From the NCBI RefSeq assembly GCF_037042905.1, contig NC_087245.1:30754001-30818000 (forward strand): a DNA stretch of 64,000 bases, in the 5' to 3' direction. Shown piece by piece: positions 59,104-64,000 of this stretch. The notes beneath the pieces were generated by a model, which was given only the letters and a program-made list of their open reading frames with translations, ran no database searches and was not told where the DNA came from. The DNA is from Lytechinus pictus (taxonomy: Eukaryota). Each line of letters begins with the position of its first letter. The first letter of the stretch is position 1. The position numbers and the translations under genes are program-made.

Positions 59104-59964
59104 TTACAATTTTGTTTGGTAACCGTTCCCATTTTCCAGAGTTTCTCCAGTCACCCCATCCTCGACCTTGACGGCGGGTTCCTCGTCGTCGGCCCCGGGG
59201 TCCGCTCCGCTAGGGCCGGGCTTATATAGACATAGACTTACGATGAGGAAAACGATGGAGCAGCATCGGAGGGACATCGCGAGGATGAGCGAGGTACGAC
59301 TGAAGGCTTCGTTGTCGTACTGCCAGCATTGCCGGCCGCCGCTGTCGTCCTCTTCCCAAAGGATACAGGTCCGGTCAATAAGAGCCCCGAAAACAACGGG
59401 ACTTGGAACAGTACCTATACAGTAAAGCGATGACAATATAAGTGGAATATTAAACTCAAGACTATTAAGAAATTAGTTTTACCTTCATATTTCAATTTTT
59501 TTTTCATTTCCAACAGAAAAGGAGTTGTGTTACAATGGCATTGCACGTGATACAAGTATACCAACAATATCAATCAAGATATATCCATGTGTTTTTTTTT
59601 TCATGAAAAAACATAGCAAAATATAATAGCAAATCATCATACATAACAAAGAATAACGGGTCAGACGTATAAGATCGATTGACCATGTTGGCTATCTTAT
59701 GAAATGCAAATTAGCATTCAAAATAGGATCGAGCATAGATAACAGTCGGATTACTATACATGAAGTCTGTTTCTCTGACGAACCTCTGATATCTTTCGAT
59801 TTATCTGTCACTTTGTCTTTGACTTGACTTACCGAAAGCTCTGAACAAGACAGACTGGAATCCCAAGGCAAAGCTCCTTTGACCATGAGATACACATCTG
59901 TATGTTGTGAAGAAAAAAAAACGTAAATATCCTGAAAATAATTTGTTTATTCATTAGATAATTG

Positions 59965-59999
<35 letters not shown>

Positions 60000-62900
60000 C
60001 TGAATCGGATACACAACAACGTAAATATACAAAATGAGTAATAACACATATTCAACTAATCGGAGGATAAAACAAAACCAGCGATGTTAATAAATATTAC
60101 TTTGTAGCTTGCACATTTTTTTCCAGTTAAAAGAAAAACAAAACAAAGCATAAAATTGTGTTTTAAAAATATGACAATTGAAAGAGAAAAGGTTTCTTCA
60201 CTTGCAAGACCAAAAAAACGTGTAGTTGAAGAATATTTGATCATTTGATAATGTGATACTGATACGTATCTAGAAGGTAAAAAAAACCAGGTGGATTTGA
60301 CCAACCTCATTGTTGCCATGGTAAGAGGTACTGTTGCCATCAGTGTGAAAGCGAGTAGTATGAAGAACATGATGATGAATAAAATTTCGTATCTACAATT
60401 CTGAGAGCATTTCCCTGAGACGGCCCATGATGGCAGGCCATTGGCGGCATCCGGGGATTCGATGCAAGAACAGTTACTGTAAGCCTGCATAAAATGAGAA
60501 AGAACTTTTCAATTTTAGCGTTAAGACTCTTTCAACTTCACTCTCCGGTGGTAAACAATATCCACGGAATATATCATTTGTTCATCCATTCATTCATTCA
60601 TCCATTCATTCATTCATGCATTCACTTATTCATTCATTTATCAGTCGATTCATTCATGAGGAGTCCCTTAAGGCTTAATCTTGGGTCCGTTTCTTTTTCT
60701 AGTTTACTTTTATGATTTCTATAAATCTTCAAATACTTTATCATTTATCCTTTTTTTTGCCGACAACTCAAATATAATATTTTCCCTTCAGGACCCAAAC
60801 CATTTACCTGACAAAATCAGCAAAGAAATAATATTATTTACAAGTCTGAAAATAGATCAAAGCCAATAATTTATCGCTTAATCTCCCCCCAAAAATAACT
60901 ACATGCTTTTCAGCATTATCATAGATGAACTCCCATGTAACATTGTTTTTGAAAATGATAACATACAGAGTTTTGCGTACAAAATTTCAAAGGATAACTA
61001 CAACGATAAAATCTATTTATACATTTCGATAATACATGAACAATAATTTCAGGAAACATTGAAATCATAAATAAGGTTAAATTTTTACTTCCCGACCCGT
61101 ATATTATCACATTTGTATTGTAGATTGATCAACCCGCATTTGAACTATGGTATTATTGCATGGGAGTGGGGGTTGTGCTGATTATCATTTTAATATACTT
61201 TTACTACTCCAGAAAAAAATAATCATGATTTGTCATTCTCAATATCGAGTTATCGAGCTTACACAGGAAGTTTTTTTTATTCACGCTATTCTTAAGATCT
61301 AAAAACCTTTATCATTAGATTTTGAATAATTCGTGTACAACTTTAACAAAAAAACACGAGTAACAAAATGTATTCAACACTATGTTTACAAAGAAGTCTA
61401 CCATTTTTTTTCCTATTTCCCAAGAGCAAGGACATTGTTAACCAACAAACTTTTCATTATCTTCTGGCACCAAACTTTGGAACGCTTTTTCAGAAGCTTT
61501 ACGCAGTAAAACAACAATTCATATTTTCAATCGATTATGTATATTTGATTTTTTTTTATTCAGTTGAATGGTATTCGTTTAGCAGATTGATTCTTTGCCT
61601 TACTTTTATATATACTGTAATTATGTTTTGGCGAATTAAATGTTCAGTTAAAGGTGATTTTGGGGCAATATGCTTCCTTCTTTTCGTCACCCTCTTCAGA
61701 TCAGTAACTCTGTGTTGTTGGAAATAACAATAGTTTACTCTAACAAAAGAATATTACCTTGATACTTGAAGTTGTATTGATGACGTCACAGCCGGCGTGG
61801 CATGGCGTGTAATAAAGAATGCCATTGCTACCGCAAACTGGGTCAAATGCTGATCCACATCCACAATTAGTATTGCACGCTGAGTTTATGTCAGCTTCAT
61901 CACCTTCGAAGACCAGCGAACTGTGACAACGAAAGAGACATTTTCAAAAACCAGACAAAGTATATTATGTCCATTTTCGCCTTCAAGTATATTTTTTTTT
62001 TTCCAAAACCATGTACAAAAACGTAAAAATGACCATACGATCATGATTTTTTGCATGGTCAGCCCCCCCCCCCCACTTTAAAACAGTTCCGCAGCCCCTG
62101 AATATATATATATATTTATATATATAACTTTTTGAAAAGCTAATTGGCAACTTATTATTTCTCTTCCCTCTTTCTGTTATATTCATTCATTGTATTCTGA
62201 TTACTTCAAATTTGTCGGGATGGGGAGTGTTTTGAACAGAGAAATGGGAACTGACTGAATGGAAGATTTAACTTTGGTGTGAGTAAAATGCTCCTGTATC
62301 CAATACCATGCGTGTATATTTCACAGCCCACGACAAGTACCGTTGCAAAAAAAAAAACTTTACCATGAAAATACACATCTACGATGATTCTTTATGAAGA
62401 GAAATAATATTGGTTTTATATGAAGATTCCTTATCTAAAAGAAAGCCCTGTACCCCGTCTCACAAAAAGTTAATACTGATCCGATCAACCACAACTATGG
62501 ATAGCCAGCCACGTCAACATCTAAAATTTTCTGGATGTGATGTATAATCATACATTCATCTTTTTTTTTGAAAATCCAGTGTTCTTCTTTTTATTGCAAA
62601 GGACATCATGCTAATTTCCTGCAGACTTAACTATGACATTGTCGGATTTCCATATAGTTTAAGATGATCGGATCAATCTCAAGTATATGAAAATCCACCA
62701 ATGTCATAATTTTTCTTTAGGAAATTTGCTCAATGTCCTTGAAAACAAAGAGAAGCATACTGAATTGTCAAGAAAATGCGTGAATATATTTATGAAAATA
62801 CATCATTTCTAAAAAATATTTCGAACAAACATGTAATTTTAGATGTTGACGTTGCTGGCTTTCCATAGTTGCGATTGATTGGATCAATCGTAACTCTTTG

Positions 62901-63591
62901 TAAGACGGGGCCCAGATGTCACTTTTATGATTAAAAGAGTGCAATTTTATTAATGCCGTTATGCATTTCAAAGACCTCATAATTCTGCCAGTTTTTCGAA
63001 AAGTTGTAGAATCCTTTCCACAAACAAGATATCCCGTTCGAACTTCGAATGCATGATGCACGGCAAAAACTGTGAAATTAAACGAGTGCACAACCACCGG
63101 TCATTTTACTCCACTGTTAAATTTACAGTGTTAATTCAAAACTCATGAGTGTTATCAGAACACCTTTGAGCGTTACTTTAACACCAATGAGTGTTAATCC
63201 AAACATCTTTGAGTGGAGTGTTACTTTAACACATATGAGTGTTACTGTATCACTCTTTAGTGTTATGTTCACACTCTAGTGTGTTATTTTAACACCTCAG
63301 GATGTGGTCCTCATATAGGGACACCATGCACCAACTGGTGTCGGTTTTAGCACCCCATGTTTTTTAAAGTGTAACATGATAATGATATTTCTTACGTGTT
63401 GGTGTACTGTACGGTGACACCGGCTACCGGAGGGTTGCCACAGCTTGCCAAGAAAGATGGAATGGTGAGGACAGAGATGAAGAGACACAGCAGAGCCATG
63501 GTGACCATACCTTTAAAATGAAGTTTTAGTTTGGAAACTACGATGCCCCCGATGATAGTCCCGGCTAGCCCAGCTGGAATGATGACATAAC
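59104..63591 (-). CDS. SLCO4A1: Solute carrier organic anion transporter (OATP/SLCO, SLCO4-like); last 5 coding exons, 5' part outside the window
   Basis: Exons 63396-63591 (YVIIPAGLAGTIIGGIVVSKLKL...CGNPPVAGVTVQY), 61758-61920 (Kazal-like CNTNCGC..FDPVCGSNGILYYTPCHAGC), 60306-60484 (YSNCSCI..AVSGKC..C plus TM), 59833-59897 (RCVSHGQRSFALGFQSVLFRAF), 59104-59414 (GTVPSPVVFGALIDRTCILW...CWQYDN...QTKL*). Phases consistent and all GT..AG. Family call is firm; subfamily and symbol are inferred. Confidence 0.93.
60660..61560 (+). mobile_element. Decayed CR1/L2-type LINE reverse-transcriptase 3' fragment
   Basis: Frame-broken motifs GVP*GLILGPFLFLVYFYDF..SS..LSFILFFADNSNI (cf. GVPQGSILGPLLFLIYINDL...FADDTN), LYCRLINPHLNYGIIAW, LLLQKK, GTKLWN. 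Confidence 0.85.
62451..62913. mobile_element. Foldback MITE with arms of about 200 nt
   Basis: CCCCGTCTCACAAAAAGTTA..GATCCGATCAACCACAACTATGG.. mirrored by ..CCATAGTTGCGATTGATTGGATC..TAACTCTTTGTAAGACGGGG; inner halves also complementary. Confidence 0.85.
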
Positions 63592-63669
63592 CTGAAATGT
63601 GGAAGGAAGATTGTTATGATGGCGGAATAATCACTTTGGTTTGGGATGTGTGAATAAAGTTCGAACAAC

Positions 63670-64000
63670 GCTCATCATCACGATTACTAAAACTAAAATC
63701 ATCATCATCCTCTTCGTCGTCATCATCATCACCATCATCATCATTGTCGTTGCCGTAGTAAACGTCATCATAGTCACCTTCCTCCTCCTCCTCCTCCTCA
63801 TCATCATCATAAAAGCCATCATCTTCATCATGTCATTGTCTTCATCATCATCCTTCATCACCATCATCTTCATCACGGTCATTCATTATCATCATCACTA
63901 TGATAATCATCATCATAATCATTATCATCTTCATCGTCATCAACATCATCATGATCATCACCATCATTATCATCATCATCATCATCATCGCCATCATCAT
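63670..64000. repeat. (CAT)n microsatellite in the SLCO intron
   Basis: Direct reading. Confidence 0.95.

Overview
AT-rich, repeat-dense animal genomic DNA. The repeat landscape suggests an echinoderm, probably a sea urchin (inference). It holds a complete 21-exon miRNA-class Argonaute gene on the minus strand (CDS 51963 to 18774, 920 aa, intact D-E-D-H slicer tetrad), the last five exons of an SLCO/OATP organic-anion transporter (minus, 63591 to 59104) and an unrecognised intron-free reading frame of about 490 codons (plus, about 3997-5473) converging on the Argonaute 3' end. The rest is nested non-autonomous DNA transposons (5-, 6- and 8-bp TSD hAT-like, TA-TSD Tc1/pogo-like, Helentron-like), tRNA-derived SINEs, a decayed CR1/L2 fragment and trinucleotide microsatellites. 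The most unusual feature is that four Argonaute exon-intron junctions (exons 9, 17, 18, 19) are tandemly amplified into the neighbouring introns. This creates arrays of decoy splice sites, and every decoy I translated gives an early in-frame stop. A fifth, 15-nt junction duplication is fixed in the exon 20 coding sequence. All coordinates were read by eye and no database search was run.
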